From: an uncultured archaeon | Lineage (GTDB): Archaea; Asgardarchaeota; Jordiarchaeia; Jordiarchaeales; Jordiarchaeaceae | Length of the DNA: 32,000 bases | Assembly: GCA_964510585.1 (NCBI GenBank) | Contig: CAZECW010000188.1 | Location: 937-32,936, forward strand | Direction of reading: 5' to 3' | Shown: one piece after another, positions 19,061 through 29,056 of the stretch | How the letters are laid out: every line of letters starts with the position of its first letter | Numbering within the stretch: the first letter of the stretch is position 1 | Position numbers and translations under genes: made by a program | The notes under the pieces: model-generated | What the model saw: only the letters and a program-made list of their open reading frames with translations | Told to the model about the DNA's origin: nothing | The model's database searches: none

Positions 19061-22000
19061 ATATGGAGGATAAGGTCGGAGCGGTACTAGTTGTGGGAGG
19101 CGGAATAGCAGGAATCCAAGCCGCACTTGATTTGGGAGACTCCGGCTTCAAAGTCTACTTGATGGATGAGACGCCCTCAATTGGAGGTGTAATGGCTCAG
19201 CTGGATAAGACCTTCCCCACAAATGATTGCGCTATGTGTATTCTCGCACCAAAGCTGGTTGGTTGCGGAAGACACCCCAACATTCAACTTTTAACTAACG
19301 CCTCCATAAAGGGAGTCGAAGGCAGCGCAGGCCACTTCAAAGTCACCATCACTAAGAGACCCAGACGTGTTAATGAGAGTAAGTGCACTGGGTGCGGTGT
19401 GTGTGCCAGATGGTGCCCTGTTGAGGCTATCGACGAGTTCAATGAAGGACTGAGTAATCGGGGAGGAATATTCGTTAGGTACCCACAGGCAGTTCCCTTA
19501 ATATACTCAATTGATAAAGAGAAATGTATAGGATGTGGGATATGTAGCGAGGTGTGCAGGGCGAAGGCAATCGAATATGAGCAGGAGGAGCAAGACCTAG
19601 TTTTGGATGTGGGCTCCATAATACTTGCACCTGGATTTGAGGAATTTGAGGCGGAAGCCCTCCAGGAATATGGTTATGGACGCTTCCCTAATGTGGTTTC
19701 AAGTATAGAGTTTGAACGCATCCTTAGTGCTTCTGGACCCTATGGCGGTTTAGTCATCCGCCCCTACGATGGGGATATTCCCAAAAATATTGCGTTTATT
19801 CAGTGTGTTGGCTCTCGTGACACCCGTCTGGGAAACAGTTACTGCTCCGCTGTGTGCTGTATGTTTGCAATTAAGGAAGCGGTGATTGCTAAGGAACATA
19901 CTCAGACCCCCTTGGATTGCACCATATTTTTCATAGATATGCGTTCCTACGGAAAGGAGTTCGACGGCTACTATAAGAGGGCTGAGGAAGAATATGGAGT
20001 GAGATTTGTTAGATCTAGGGTTGCTAGCATAGAGGAGATACCCAAGTCACACAATCTTCTTGTGAAGTATATTGAAGACGGTGAGCCCAAGGAGGAAGAA
20101 TTTGACCTTGTGGTACTCTCAGTTGGAATGAAACCACCTAGAAATGCCCGGGAAATAGCGGAAAAACTGGGAATAGAACTTAACGAGTATGGGTTCTGCA
20201 AAACAGGCGAGTTTACCCCACTTGAAAGCTCGGTGCCAGGTATCTATGTTTGTGGAGCATTCTCTTCCCCCAAGGACATTCCGGACAGTGTAGCACAAGC
20301 AAGCGGCGCCGCCGCCAAAGCGGGAAGCATCATATCCCCGGCGAGGGGAAAACTAATCTCTAGAAAGCAGTATCCACCTGAGAAAAACGTGGAGGGGAAG
20401 GAGCCTCGAATTGGAGTGTTTGTTTGTCACTGTGGGATAAATATTGGTGGAGTAGTTGACGTGCCCAGAGTAGTGGAGTATGCTAAAACACTTCCAAATG
20501 TGGTATACGCGGAGCACAACCTTTACACTTGCTCTCAAGATACTGGTGCACGCATAGTGGAAGCCATAAAGGAACATGACCTTAACCGCGTTGTGGTGGC
20601 ATCATGTACCCCAAGAACACATGAACCCCTCTTCAGAGACACAATTAGGGAAGGGGGGTTAAACCCCTACCTCTTTGAAATGGCAAACATAAGGGATCAA
20701 TGCTCCTGGGTACACATGCTTGAGCCTGAGAAGGCAACACAGAAAGCCATAGATCTAGTGAGGAGTGCTGTGGCAAAAGCCAGACTACTTAAACCCCTTC
20801 AAAAACCAATGATAAAGATTATACCCGCGGGTCTAGTGATTGGTGGGGGATTATCGGGAATGACTGCGGCTTTGGAACTTGCAGAACAAGGATTCGAGGT
20901 ACACTTGGTGGAGAAAGAGAAACAGCTTGGAGGAAATCTCCGTAGAATAAAATTCCTTCTCAACAGCGACAAACCCAGCGAAAGACTCGAATCTTTAATA
21001 AGAAGAGTAGAAGAGAACGGGAAAATACATGTTTACACAGAAGCGGAAGTTGTGGGTGTTGAGGGATATGTTGGAAACTTTAAGACAACTATAATAGCCA
21101 ACGGGGAGAGAAGGGAGATTCAGCATGGGGTAATAATTGTAGCTACGGGTGGGACTGAGTATAAACCCATTGAGTATTTTTATGGAATGGATGACCGGGT
21201 ACTAACCCAGTTAGAATTGGAGGAAAAGTTGGCAAACGGGGGGTTCAGCGCGGATACAGTGGTTATGATACAGTGTATTGGCTCAAGAAATGGTGAACAC
21301 CCGAGCTGCTCCAGAGTTTGTTGTTCCAGTGCAATTAAGAACGCTTTAAAAATTAAGGAGTTAAATCCAAAAACAGAGGTCTATGTGCTTTATAGAGATA
21401 TAAGAACTTATGGTTTCCGGGAGAAATATTATCAGGAAGCTCAGAGGAGGGGAGTAATATTCATTCGCTACGATGAAGATCACAAACCTGAGGTGACAAA
21501 TGAGGGAACACTCAGGGTACTGGTCAGGGATCCCATCATCAAGAAGAAAATCGAAATCGAGCCCGACCTCATTGTATTAAGTGCGGGGATACATCCAAAC
21601 CGCGATAACAAAAATTTGGCTCAAATGCTAAAAGTTCCCCTGAGCAAGGAGGGATTTTTCCTGGAGGCGCATATGAAGCTTCGCCCAGTTGATTTTGCCA
21701 CAGAGGGAATTTTTCTCTGTGGGCTGGCACAGTCACCAAAATTCATAGATGAATGTATATCTCAAGCTTGTGGCGCAGCTGCTCGAGCCGCCACCATTCT
21801 ATCCAAAGAAGCACTGGAAATAGAGGGGGCAATAGCTAAGGTTGACGAAGATCTCTGCGCTGCATGTAAAGTCTGTGTATCTATCTGTGAGAGTGGAGCT
21901 GCGCAAATCGTGGAAAAGAATGGGAGGCGTGTTTCAAACATAATAGAAGCCCTCTGTAAGGGGTGTGGGCTTTGTAGCGCCGCCTGTCCCTCGGGAGCGA

Positions 22001-22068
22001 TAACCATAGAGCATTTTAATGATAAACAGATTCTGGCTCAGATTAGAGCTTTGCTGGGAGGTGGATAA
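19057..22068 (+). CDS. hdrA: Tandem (double-FAD) HdrA-like fusion protein, 1003 aa
   Basis: First module [19 protein letters not shown], two ferredoxin motifs and YCSAVCC. Then [13 protein letters not shown], a second FAD motif IGGGLSG, CSRVCC and a C-terminal ferredoxin. Confidence 0.93.
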   Translation: MNMEDKVGAVLVVGGGIAGIQAALDLGDSGFKVYLMDETPSIGGVMAQLDKTFPTNDCAMCILAPKLVGCGRHPNIQLLTNASIKGVEGSAGHFKVTITKRPRRVNESKCTGCGVCARWCPVEAIDEFNEGLSNRGGIFVRYPQAVPLIYSIDKEKCIGCGICSEVCRAKAIEYEQEEQDLVLDVGSIILAPGFEEFEAEALQEYGYGRFPNVVSSIEFERILSASGPYGGLVIRPYDGDIPKNIAFIQCVGSRDTRLGNSYCSAVCCMFAIKEAVIAKEHTQTPLDCTIFFIDMRSYGKEFDGYYKRAEEEYGVRFVRSRVASIEEIPKSHNLLVKYIEDGEPKEEEFDLVVLSVGMKPPRNAREIAEKLGIELNEYGFCKTGEFTPLESSVPGIYVCGAFSSPKDIPDSVAQASGAAAKAGSIISPARGKLISRKQYPPEKNVEGKEPRIGVFVCHCGINIGGVVDVPRVVEYAKTLPNVVYAEHNLYTCSQDTGARIVEAIKEHDLNRVVVASCTPRTHEPLFRDTIREGGLNPYLFEMANIRDQCSWVHMLEPEKATQKAIDLVRSAVAKARLLKPLQKPMIKIIPAGLVIGGGLSGMTAALELAEQGFEVHLVEKEKQLGGNLRRIKFLLNSDKPSERLESLIRRVEENGKIHVYTEAEVVGVEGYVGNFKTTIIANGERREIQHGVIIVATGGTEYKPIEYFYGMDDRVLTQLELEEKLANGGFSADTVVMIQCIGSRNGEHPSCSRVCCSSAIKNALKIKELNPKTEVYVLYRDIRTYGFREKYYQEAQRRGVIFIRYDEDHKPEVTNEGTLRVLVRDPIIKKKIEIEPDLIVLSAGIHPNRDNKNLAQMLKVPLSKEGFFLEAHMKLRPVDFATEGIFLCGLAQSPKFIDECISQACGAAARAATILSKEALEIEGAIAKVDEDLCAACKVCVSICESGAAQIVEKNGRRVSNIIEALCKGCGLCSAACPSGAITIEHFNDKQILAQIRALLGGG

Positions 22069-22069
22069 T

Positions 22070-22498
22070 GTGGCGGAGTTCGAACCCAAAATAGTGGCTT
22101 TTTGCTGTAGCTGGTGTAGCTACGCCGGCGCCGATTTAGCGGGAGTGAGTAGGTTTCAGTATCCCACAAATGTTAAAATAATCAGGGTTATGTGCAGCGG
22201 CAGAATAGACCCTACATTTGTACTTGAAGCCTTCAAAAACGGTGCCGATGCAGTACTAGTGGCAGGATGCCACATACCATCTGATTGCCACTATTTAACA
22301 GGAAACTTGAGAGCCCAACGTAGAATTGCTCTGACCAGAAATCTTTTGAAGCAGCTCGGAATAGAGCCGGAACGGTTAAGGTTGGAGTGGATTTCTGCTT
22401 CGGAGGGGGACAAATTTGCGGCGGTTGTGAAGGAAATGACTCAAAGGATAAAGGAACTTGGCCCAAGCCCACTCAGTGGTGGAGGTGATGGAAAATGA
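22070..22498 (+). CDS. mvhD: MvhD-like [2Fe-2S] adaptor (canonical copy)
   Basis: [31 protein letters not shown] and WISASEG. GTG 22070 follows GGAGGTG (22057-22063); the ORF track start at 22019 overlaps hdrA. Confidence 0.95.
   Translation: MAEFEPKIVAFCCSWCSYAGADLAGVSRFQYPTNVKIIRVMCSGRIDPTFVLEAFKNGADAVLVAGCHIPSDCHYLTGNLRAQRRIALTRNLLKQLGIEPERLRLEWISASEGDKFAAVVKEMTQRIKELGPSPLSGGGDGK
22481..22489 (+). promoter_or_regulatory. Shine-Dalgarno site (example; similar sites precede most operon-internal genes)
   Basis: GGAGGTGAT ends 5 nt before ATG 22495 and matches the archaeal anti-SD complement. Confidence 0.7.
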
Positions 22499-23016
22499 CT
22501 GAAGAAGTCATCAAACTGTCAGAGGCTGATCGCCAATTCAAATATGAGCTCAGCCATATGCCGGAAATAGAGAACCTCATGCTCTGTATGCAGTGTGGGA
22601 CGTGTACCGCGGATTGTCCTGTAGCTCGCTTCAGCGGGACATACAGGCCTCTTAAGATACTGAGAATGGTTCTTTTTGGGTTAAAATCGGATGTTCTTTC
22701 AGCTGGTGAACTTTGGCTTTGCGCTTCTTGTTACACTTGTACTGACCGCTGTCCGAGGGGTGTAAGGTTTTCCAGCTTATTGAGGGAGCTCAGAAATCTT
22801 GCTGTGAAGGAGGGATATATTCCAGATGGTTTTAGGGAATTGGCCTCTAACATTTTAGAAACGGGTTACGCTTACGAAATATCAGAGTCCAGAATGAAGA
22901 AGAGGGAGACTTTAGGGCTTCCTCCACTACCAAAGGCTAACCCCAAAAAGCTTGCTAGACTCGCAGAAATTGCTGGATTCCTAAAAAAGGCAAAAAAGGT
23001 GGATGGAGGGAAGTAA
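22495..23016 (+). CDS. hdrC: HdrC-like (copy 2)
   Basis: [26 protein letters not shown] and RETLGLPP. Confidence 0.93.
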   Translation: MTEEVIKLSEADRQFKYELSHMPEIENLMLCMQCGTCTADCPVARFSGTYRPLKILRMVLFGLKSDVLSAGELWLCASCYTCTDRCPRGVRFSSLLRELRNLAVKEGYIPDGFRELASNILETGYAYEISESRMKKRETLGLPPLPKANPKKLARLAEIAGFLKKAKKVDGGK

Positions 23017-23902
23017 AATTTCGGATTCAACTTACTTGCTGTATTTAGGCTGTCTAATTCCCTATAGGGTTCCCAGCTATGAGGTTGCAGCGAGAAAGGT
23101 TCTTAGCAGGTTGGACGTCGAGTTAGTGGACATGCTCGAGTTTAACTGCTGCGGTCTCCCCATGGATCCCATTAGTCACGAGGTTATGATGGTTTTGGCT
23201 GCTTGGAACCTTTGTTTAGCGGAGAGGGAGGAACTTGACATATTGACTCTTTGTCCCGGCTGCAGTGGCACCCTCCACAAGGTGAACACCATCCTTAGAG
23301 AGGAGGAGAATGTTAGGGAAAAAATTAACAACTTCTTGAAAAGGGATGGAATGGAGTATAAGGGAAATATAGAAGTTAAACATCTGGTTCAGGTACTAGT
23401 GGAGAAGGTAGGCACTGAGAAACTTAAGGAAAAAATTGTAAAACCACATAAAGGTCTCAAAGTGGTGGAGCATTATGGCTGCCACATTCTGCGGCCAAAG
23501 GAGTACATGAAATTTGATGATTCTGAAAACCCCACAATTTTGAGACAATTGATTGAATCTACGGGAGCCACATGTCTGGATTACGTGAACAAAAGGGAGT
23601 GCTGCGGCTACCCAATCATGTCCATAGACGAAAAAATTCCTTTTCAACTAGCTGGAGACAAACTTAAGCACATGAAGGAAGTGGGGGCCGATGCCCTAAT
23701 TACCATTTGTCCTTCCTGCTACCTGGCTTTTGACCTTAATCAGTCCCGAATAGAGAAACTTTTTGGTGAAAAATTTGAGCTCCCAGTGCTTCACTACCCT
23801 GAGCTTCTAGCGCTGGCTTTGGGAATTGAGCCAGACGAGCTGGCTTTAAATGATCACAGAGTTAGGGTTTCAAAAATATTGAAAAATGGTTCGGGAGGAT
23901 AA
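23003..23902 (+). CDS. hdrB: HdrB-like (copy 2)
   Basis: LGC, NCCG, CPGC, HYGCH, ECCG and CPSC: all CCG-domain ligands are present. Confidence 0.93.
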   Translation: MEGSKISDSTYLLYLGCLIPYRVPSYEVAARKVLSRLDVELVDMLEFNCCGLPMDPISHEVMMVLAAWNLCLAEREELDILTLCPGCSGTLHKVNTILREEENVREKINNFLKRDGMEYKGNIEVKHLVQVLVEKVGTEKLKEKIVKPHKGLKVVEHYGCHILRPKEYMKFDDSENPTILRQLIESTGATCLDYVNKRECCGYPIMSIDEKIPFQLAGDKLKHMKEVGADALITICPSCYLAFDLNQSRIEKLFGEKFELPVLHYPELLALALGIEPDELALNDHRVRVSKILKNGSGG

Positions 23903-23909
23903 ACCCGCA

Positions 23910-24254
23910 ATGTCTGAAGATTTAAGAAAAAGACTGGAGGCGGCTGTTGGAGTTCTGGGAGATATTCGTGTCAGATGGCTAATTGGGCGAAGCCAAGCCC
24001 TATTGGAATCAGGAACCATAACCAAAGAAGGGTTAGAGCAACTTATGAGGAAAATTATGAGAGAGGAGCTGGAAAGATGGCTTATTATGAATGAAATCGA
24101 AAGACAGGGACCACTATCAGTCAAAGACCTTTCCGGGGCAACCCGACTTCCAGAACAAACAGTGGTGAAGCACCTACTAGCTCTAAGAAGAAATGGGCGG
24201 ATTACCTTCGCGGGTGAGAAAGAGAACATGCACCTATATGATTTGGTGAGATAA
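23910..24254 (+). CDS. Stand-alone helical-linker plus winged-helix protein, paralogue of the C-terminus of 18290-19060
   Basis: DIRVRWLIG..ITKE..EELERWLI..GPLSVKDLSGATRLPEQTVVKHLLALRRNGRI. ATG 23910 after GGGAGG is preferred to 23886, which overlaps hdrB. Confidence 0.82.
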   Translation: MSEDLRKRLEAAVGVLGDIRVRWLIGRSQALLESGTITKEGLEQLMRKIMREELERWLIMNEIERQGPLSVKDLSGATRLPEQTVVKHLLALRRNGRITFAGEKENMHLYDLVR

Positions 24255-24288
24255 AGCAGAGAATAAAATTGAAGAGTGGTGATTCAAA

Positions 24289-24834
24289 ATGACTGAAGCA
24301 AATTCTTCTGATGAAAAGCAAACAGTCATCAAACTCCAAGATTTGGATACTAGTCTACAGGAGGAGATTAGCAAAATTCCGGGATGCGAAAAACTTATGC
24401 TCTGCTTCCAGTGTGGCACATGCAGTGCCGACTGTCCAGTTGGGAGACACCTCAATGAGTACAAGCCTAGGTTAATAGCTATGATGACCAAGCTTGGAAT
24501 GAAGCAAGCGCTCTTTCAGGGAGATTTATTGTGGCTGTGCACCCAGTGTTACACGTGCCTTGAACGTTGCCCCCAGAATGTGGAGCTGGCGGAGATAATT
24601 TCCGCTCTGCGAGGAATCGCGGCCAGGGAAGGTTACCTACATCCCTCTTTGAAGAAGGTTATTGAAGCCCTGGCCAATCATGGTTACATTTACGAGATAA
24701 CTGAATTCATAGAGGAAGATAGGGAAATGAGGGAGCTCCCACCTGTTCCCAAAGTTAACATTGGCGAAGTTAGAAAAATTATGAGAATGACAGGAATAGA
24801 CAAACTTGTAGGAATAGAACTGGAGGAGGACTAA
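24289..24834 (+). CDS. hdrC: HdrC-like (copy 3)
   Basis: CFQCGTCSADCP, WLCTQCYTCLERCP and REMRELPP. Confidence 0.93.
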   Translation: MTEANSSDEKQTVIKLQDLDTSLQEEISKIPGCEKLMLCFQCGTCSADCPVGRHLNEYKPRLIAMMTKLGMKQALFQGDLLWLCTQCYTCLERCPQNVELAEIISALRGIAAREGYLHPSLKKVIEALANHGYIYEITEFIEEDREMRELPPVPKVNIGEVRKIMRMTGIDKLVGIELEED

Positions 24835-24840
24835 AAATTT

Positions 24841-25707
24841 ATGAGGTACGCATTTTTTGTGGGGTGCACAACATTAGCCAGGCTTCCAAGCTACGAGGTT
24901 TCTACAAGAAAAGTAGCCGAGGCTTTGGGTGTGGAACTCTTGGATATGGAGGGAGCGGGATGTTGCGGAACCACTTATTTAAAATGTATAGAACCCAGAA
25001 CGGCGCTTGCCTTGGCTGCTCGGAACATATCCATAGCGGAGGATATGGGGGTTAACATTGTCACTTTGTGTAACGGTTGCACAGAGGTTCTCACAGATGC
25101 CAACAACACGCTAAAAGAAGAAGGGGAACTCAGAGAAGATGTGAACAGCATTCTTGCAGAGGTGGATCGGGAGTTTAGGGGGAAAGTGGAGGTTAAACAT
25201 TTTGTGCGAATGTTTCTTGAGGATTTGGGAATCGATAAAATTCGCGCCCGTGTGTCAAACCCTCTGGAGGGTTTAAGAGTGGCGGTGCATTACGGATGCC
25301 ACTTATTAAAGCCTTTCAAGATAATGAATTTTGATGACCCTGAAGACCCCACTTCCCTAGATGAACTAGTCAACATTACGGGGGCAGTGAGTGTAGATTA
25401 TCCGGGTAAGCTGGACTGTTGCTCCGCCCCACTGCTGACGATAAAACGAAGAAACGAGTTGGCCACTGAAATAGCTAGGGAAAAACTATCAACAGTTAAG
25501 AAGTATGCCGATATAATGATTACCGTTTGCCCATTTTGCTACTTGATGTATGAGCAGAGTCAAATGCCCCCAAACAATCCCATCGATATTCCCATAGTGC
25601 ATTATTCTCAGCTCCTAGGTTTAGCGATGGGAATAGACTATCAAGATCTAGCCCTCAACGAAAACCGCATAGACGCCTCGGTAATAAAAAATTTTCAAAA
25701 TAGGTAA
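24841..25707 (+). CDS. hdrB: HdrB-like (copy 3)
   Basis: VGC, GCCG, CNGC, HYGCH, DCCS and CPFC. Confidence 0.93.
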   Translation: MRYAFFVGCTTLARLPSYEVSTRKVAEALGVELLDMEGAGCCGTTYLKCIEPRTALALAARNISIAEDMGVNIVTLCNGCTEVLTDANNTLKEEGELREDVNSILAEVDREFRGKVEVKHFVRMFLEDLGIDKIRARVSNPLEGLRVAVHYGCHLLKPFKIMNFDDPEDPTSLDELVNITGAVSVDYPGKLDCCSAPLLTIKRRNELATEIAREKLSTVKKYADIMITVCPFCYLMYEQSQMPPNNPIDIPIVHYSQLLGLAMGIDYQDLALNENRIDASVIKNFQNR

Positions 25708-25882
25708 CGTTTTAAAAACTATACGGACACCGCCAACATCAAAACAACTTATTCAAAGGATGTAAGCTTATCATCGGTTAACCGTCTCTCCCCAAACCTG
25801 CTTTGTGACACTCTTCAGAAACAATATTTATTAGAAGTTTTGGAAAGGAATGGATGAAGTCGCACAAGTATACGTATGGACT

Positions 25883-26407
25883 TTAAATTTTTTTGGTAGA
25901 GCTCTTCAAATTTTTTTCGCTTTTCAGGTTTGGCTTTTGCTCTCTTCTGAGGAAGTCTCCCAGGTCCAAAATGTTTTTTACCACTACGCCTTTTTCTGCT
26001 TCTTGAGGGTTTTGTTTTATCACGCCGAAGCCCAAACATTCACCATACTTGTTTAGGATTAATGTGTAATCGCCCTTTCTTGTTGAGCCCTCAACGCGTG
26101 TGATGCCTTCTTTGAATATGTCCCTTCCGCATATGAAAAGCCAAGCCGTCTTATCGTTTACGAAGATTTTGTTTTCGACTTTCTCGGCGATCATTGAAAT
26201 TAGGGGAAAGCTTGGAAGGAAAAAGTCGTTTTTTAACTCTCCGAGCAGAACACCAGCATAATAATATTTTCTGGGAATTCTAACAGCTAAATCTTTCAGA
26301 GTGTCGTTTAGCAGGAAGAATTTTTCACCCATCCAATCGATTAAAGATTCATTTAAGTCTATTTGTACGCCAAACTTTTCCAGGAAAAGTTTCAAGGGCT
26401 TCACCAA
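25883..26407 (-). CDS. nip7: NIP7-like PUA-domain ribosome biogenesis protein
   Basis: YAGVLLGEL, AWLFICGRDIF, ILNKYGECLGFG and KNILDLGDFLRRE match archaeal NIP7/UPF0113. Translationally coupled to the m5C methyltransferase gene. Confidence 0.82.
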   Translation of the reverse strand: MVKPLKLFLEKFGVQIDLNESLIDWMGEKFFLLNDTLKDLAVRIPRKYYYAGVLLGELKNDFFLPSFPLISMIAEKVENKIFVNDKTAWLFICGRDIFKEGITRVEGSTRKGDYTLILNKYGECLGFGVIKQNPQEAEKGVVVKNILDLGDFLRREQKPNLKSEKNLKSSTKKI

Positions 26408-26408
26408 T

Positions 26409-27296
26409 TTATCCCCCCGCTTTTCTTAGTTTGCATATGAAAAAGCCTTGGGTTTCTTCGCTTGGCCATATTCGTCTACAATTCTTTATCAGGCTGTCTA
26501 ATTTTTCGCCAAAAATTTTTGTGGGAGATTCCTCGCCATAACACTTTATTGGTACTGTTTCGAGTTTGAGGTTTTCCACAGCCCAGTTTATGTTGAACTC
26601 ATTTTCCTCCGGCTCCAGCGAGCATGTGGAATAAACTATTTCGCCGTCATCCTTGAGGATTTTTGCGGCTTCAGCTAAGATTTCCCTCTGCAACCTCACG
26701 TTCTTCCCAACGTCTGTAATTGTTCTCTTCTCAAACCATTGCTCGTCGGTGGCGAAGTTTCCGGAGCAAGGGACATCGAGAAGTATTCTGTCAAATTTTA
26801 AACCCAGTTTCGACGCCTGCGCCGCGTCCAAATGATATACAAGGGTGTTTTTTACTCTGCAGCGTTCCAGCTGGTTGGCAAGGGCGTTAAGCCTTCGCCT
26901 CTTAACATCCAAAGCCACTATAACCCCGGTGTTATCCATTAGATCGGCGAGCTGAATGGTTTTTCCACCGGGAGCTGCACAAGCATCCAGAACCACACTA
27001 TATTTCAAGTCTGTGAAGAGTGTTGCGGGGATCTGCGCCGCTGCTTCCTGAATTGAGTAGTATCCCAAAAGATATTCAAATGTAGCCCCTATGCTGAACT
27101 CTGCCTCCGTAACCCAATAGCCATTTTCTAGGAATGGGATTTTCTCAAGCTTGAAACCCAAACCTTCAAGCCTATCAACAATGTTAACATCTTTAGCGTT
27201 CATGGTGTTTATCCTAATGGCTTGTTTTGGGGCGACTTCTCTAAACTGCCAACCCAACTCTCTGTAGCGACTGGTAAAAAACTCCTTCCCAGACAT
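26409..27296 (-). CDS. RsmB/NOP2/Sun-family RNA (cytosine-5)-methyltransferase
   Basis: QEAAAQIP, VLDACAAPGGKT, ILLDVPCSG and YSTCSLEPEENE; both catalytic Cys are present. Confidence 0.93.
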   Translation of the reverse strand: MSGKEFFTSRYRELGWQFREVAPKQAIRINTMNAKDVNIVDRLEGLGFKLEKIPFLENGYWVTEAEFSIGATFEYLLGYYSIQEAAAQIPATLFTDLKYSVVLDACAAPGGKTIQLADLMDNTGVIVALDVKRRRLNALANQLERCRVKNTLVYHLDAAQASKLGLKFDRILLDVPCSGNFATDEQWFEKRTITDVGKNVRLQREILAEAAKILKDDGEIVYSTCSLEPEENEFNINWAVENLKLETVPIKCYGEESPTKIFGEKLDSLIKNCRRIWPSEETQGFFICKLRKAGG

Positions 27297-27659
27297 TAAA
27301 CCAACAAAGGCAGCAAGCTATTAAAAGCTTTGCGAATGTGAAGCTGAAGGAATGAAAATAATTTCGGAACCGGTTCAAGGCACGAAACTATTTAGTTATT
27401 GGGAAGGGAGAAAAATCTGTATTCCGTGTAGATATAGGTCTGTGGACTAACTTCGATGTGAAAATATATTTTTCATAAAGGATTTTTTGGGTAGTCATCA
27501 TAATTTTTGAGGCGTACCTTTTTTTGGGAAATGTTTATTTTTGTAAAAGGAAAGATTAGACACCAATTGGCTAGGGAAGTAATCAGAAACAATAAAAAAA
27601 GGGTAGAAATTATTTGTCCATGGATACCCGTCTGAAACATTTTGGACATGGTGGTGTGC

Positions 27660-28169
27660 ATGGCGGGAGCTGAAGCAGAAAAAACAGTTGTAGATGCGGA
27701 AAATCTGGACTCTTCATTTCTGAGAAAAGTAATTAAACATCCAGGCGGCGAACAGATTCTTGTCTGTTTCCAGTGTGGAGTCTGCAGCTCCAGCTGTCCT
27801 TTAAGACTGATAAATCCTGAGTATAATCCTAGAAAAATTGTGAAAAAAACCATTCTGGGTATGAAGGATCAAGTGCTTTCCAGCGATTTTGTCTGGTTCT
27901 GCGCGGATTGCAATGCATGTACCGAACGTTGCCCTCAGGGAGTTAATCCTTCTGAGGTTATGAAGGCTATTAAGAATGTGGCTGTGGAGGAGGGAATCGT
28001 TCCAGCGGCGATTAAGAAAATTGTGGAGAACTTAGAGAAGCATGGGAGGGTTTATCCCTTGGAAGAGTTTACTCAGGAGGAGAGGGAGATGCTGGATTTA
28101 CCTGAACTTGAACCAGATGTTAAAATTTTCAAGATTGACAGAAAAAAACTGCTGGGTGAACATGCTTGA
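27660..28169 (+). CDS. hdrC: HdrC-like (copy 4)
   Basis: CFQCGVCSSSCP, WFCADCNACTERCP and REMLDLP. The ORF opens at TTG 27642; ATG 27660 after GGTGGTG is preferred. Confidence 0.93.
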   Translation: MAGAEAEKTVVDAENLDSSFLRKVIKHPGGEQILVCFQCGVCSSSCPLRLINPEYNPRKIVKKTILGMKDQVLSSDFVWFCADCNACTERCPQGVNPSEVMKAIKNVAVEEGIVPAAIKKIVENLEKHGRVYPLEEFTQEEREMLDLPELEPDVKIFKIDRKKLLGEHA

Positions 28170-29050
28170 GTGAGAGAGAGTTTGCATTGTTTTTGGGATG
28201 CACCATACCTGTGAGATGCTTGGGTTACGAGGTGGCTACAAGGAGGGTGGCGGAGGAGCTGGGAATTAAACTTGTTGATCTTAGTTTTTCCTGCTGCGGT
28301 TATCCCTTAAAAAATGTAGATGTGATTGCCGCTAAATCTATGGCTACAGCGAACCTGGCTCTCGCAGAATCTAAGAACCTCAATATTCTTACTATATGTA
28401 GTGCTTGCGCCGGAACTTTGACCGAGGCTAGTGTTAATAGAGAGAATCCGGTGGGTGAACAAGTTAAAAAGGAGTTGGGAAAGCAGGGGTTAACCTTTAA
28501 GGGGTTGGTTTGGGTCAAGCACTTTGTGAGATACCTGTATGAGGATTACGGTGTGGATAAGATAAGGGAACATGTGAAAAACCCTCTGAAAAACCTTAGG
28601 GTGGCTATACACTATGGCTGTCATTATCTGAGACCGTCTGAAATATATGATGAATTTGATGATCCTGAACACCCAAAGAGCGCGAAAGAGATAATTGAGG
28701 CTTTGGGTGCCACAGTGGTTAATTACAGGGGTCAGCTCGATTGTTGTGGTGGGGGCACTTTGACTTTCGATCAGAAGTTGGGTGCTATATTGGCTAAGAA
28801 GAAACTGGACAATGTCAAGAAGGCCAACGTGGATGCCTTGGTTTTATTCTGTCCCTTCTGCTCCATAATGTATGACGGCCACCAAAGGTTTATTGAGGAA
28901 CAATTCGGTTGCGAGCCCTACAACATTCCGGTTCTCTTCTTGCCTCAGATTATGGGCTTAGCGTTTGGCATAGATCCAAAGGAGTTGGGATTTGAATACA
29001 ACAAAGTAGATGTCCAACCCCTACTGGACAAAATAGGGGTGAAGTGGTGA
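28166..29050 (+). CDS. hdrB: HdrB-like (copy 4)
   Basis: LGC, SCCG, CSAC, HYGCH, DCCG and CPFC. Confidence 0.93.
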   Translation: MSEREFALFLGCTIPVRCLGYEVATRRVAEELGIKLVDLSFSCCGYPLKNVDVIAAKSMATANLALAESKNLNILTICSACAGTLTEASVNRENPVGEQVKKELGKQGLTFKGLVWVKHFVRYLYEDYGVDKIREHVKNPLKNLRVAIHYGCHYLRPSEIYDEFDDPEHPKSAKEIIEALGATVVNYRGQLDCCGGGTLTFDQKLGAILAKKKLDNVKKANVDALVLFCPFCSIMYDGHQRFIEEQFGCEPYNIPVLFLPQIMGLAFGIDPKELGFEYNKVDVQPLLDKIGVKW

Positions 29051-29056
29051 TTTATT

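Noticed and set aside
11536-22068. Repeated hdrA modules as a collapsed-repeat or assembly artefact
   Set aside because: The copies share only short DNA matches (such as GGATAAGACYTTCCCCAC) and differ in architecture, which indicates old paralogy.
25815-26039. 74-aa Lys/Arg-rich minus-strand ORF
   Set aside because: Overlaps the NIP7 3' end in another frame; its composition follows from A-rich DNA.
25775-27376. 10-bp palindromes CGGTTAACCG (25775-25784) and GAACCGGTTC (27367-27376) flanking the methyltransferase-NIP7 unit as mobile-element ends
   Set aside because: The two differ in arrangement, there is no target-site duplication or transposase, and a few 10-bp palindromes are expected by chance in 32 kb.
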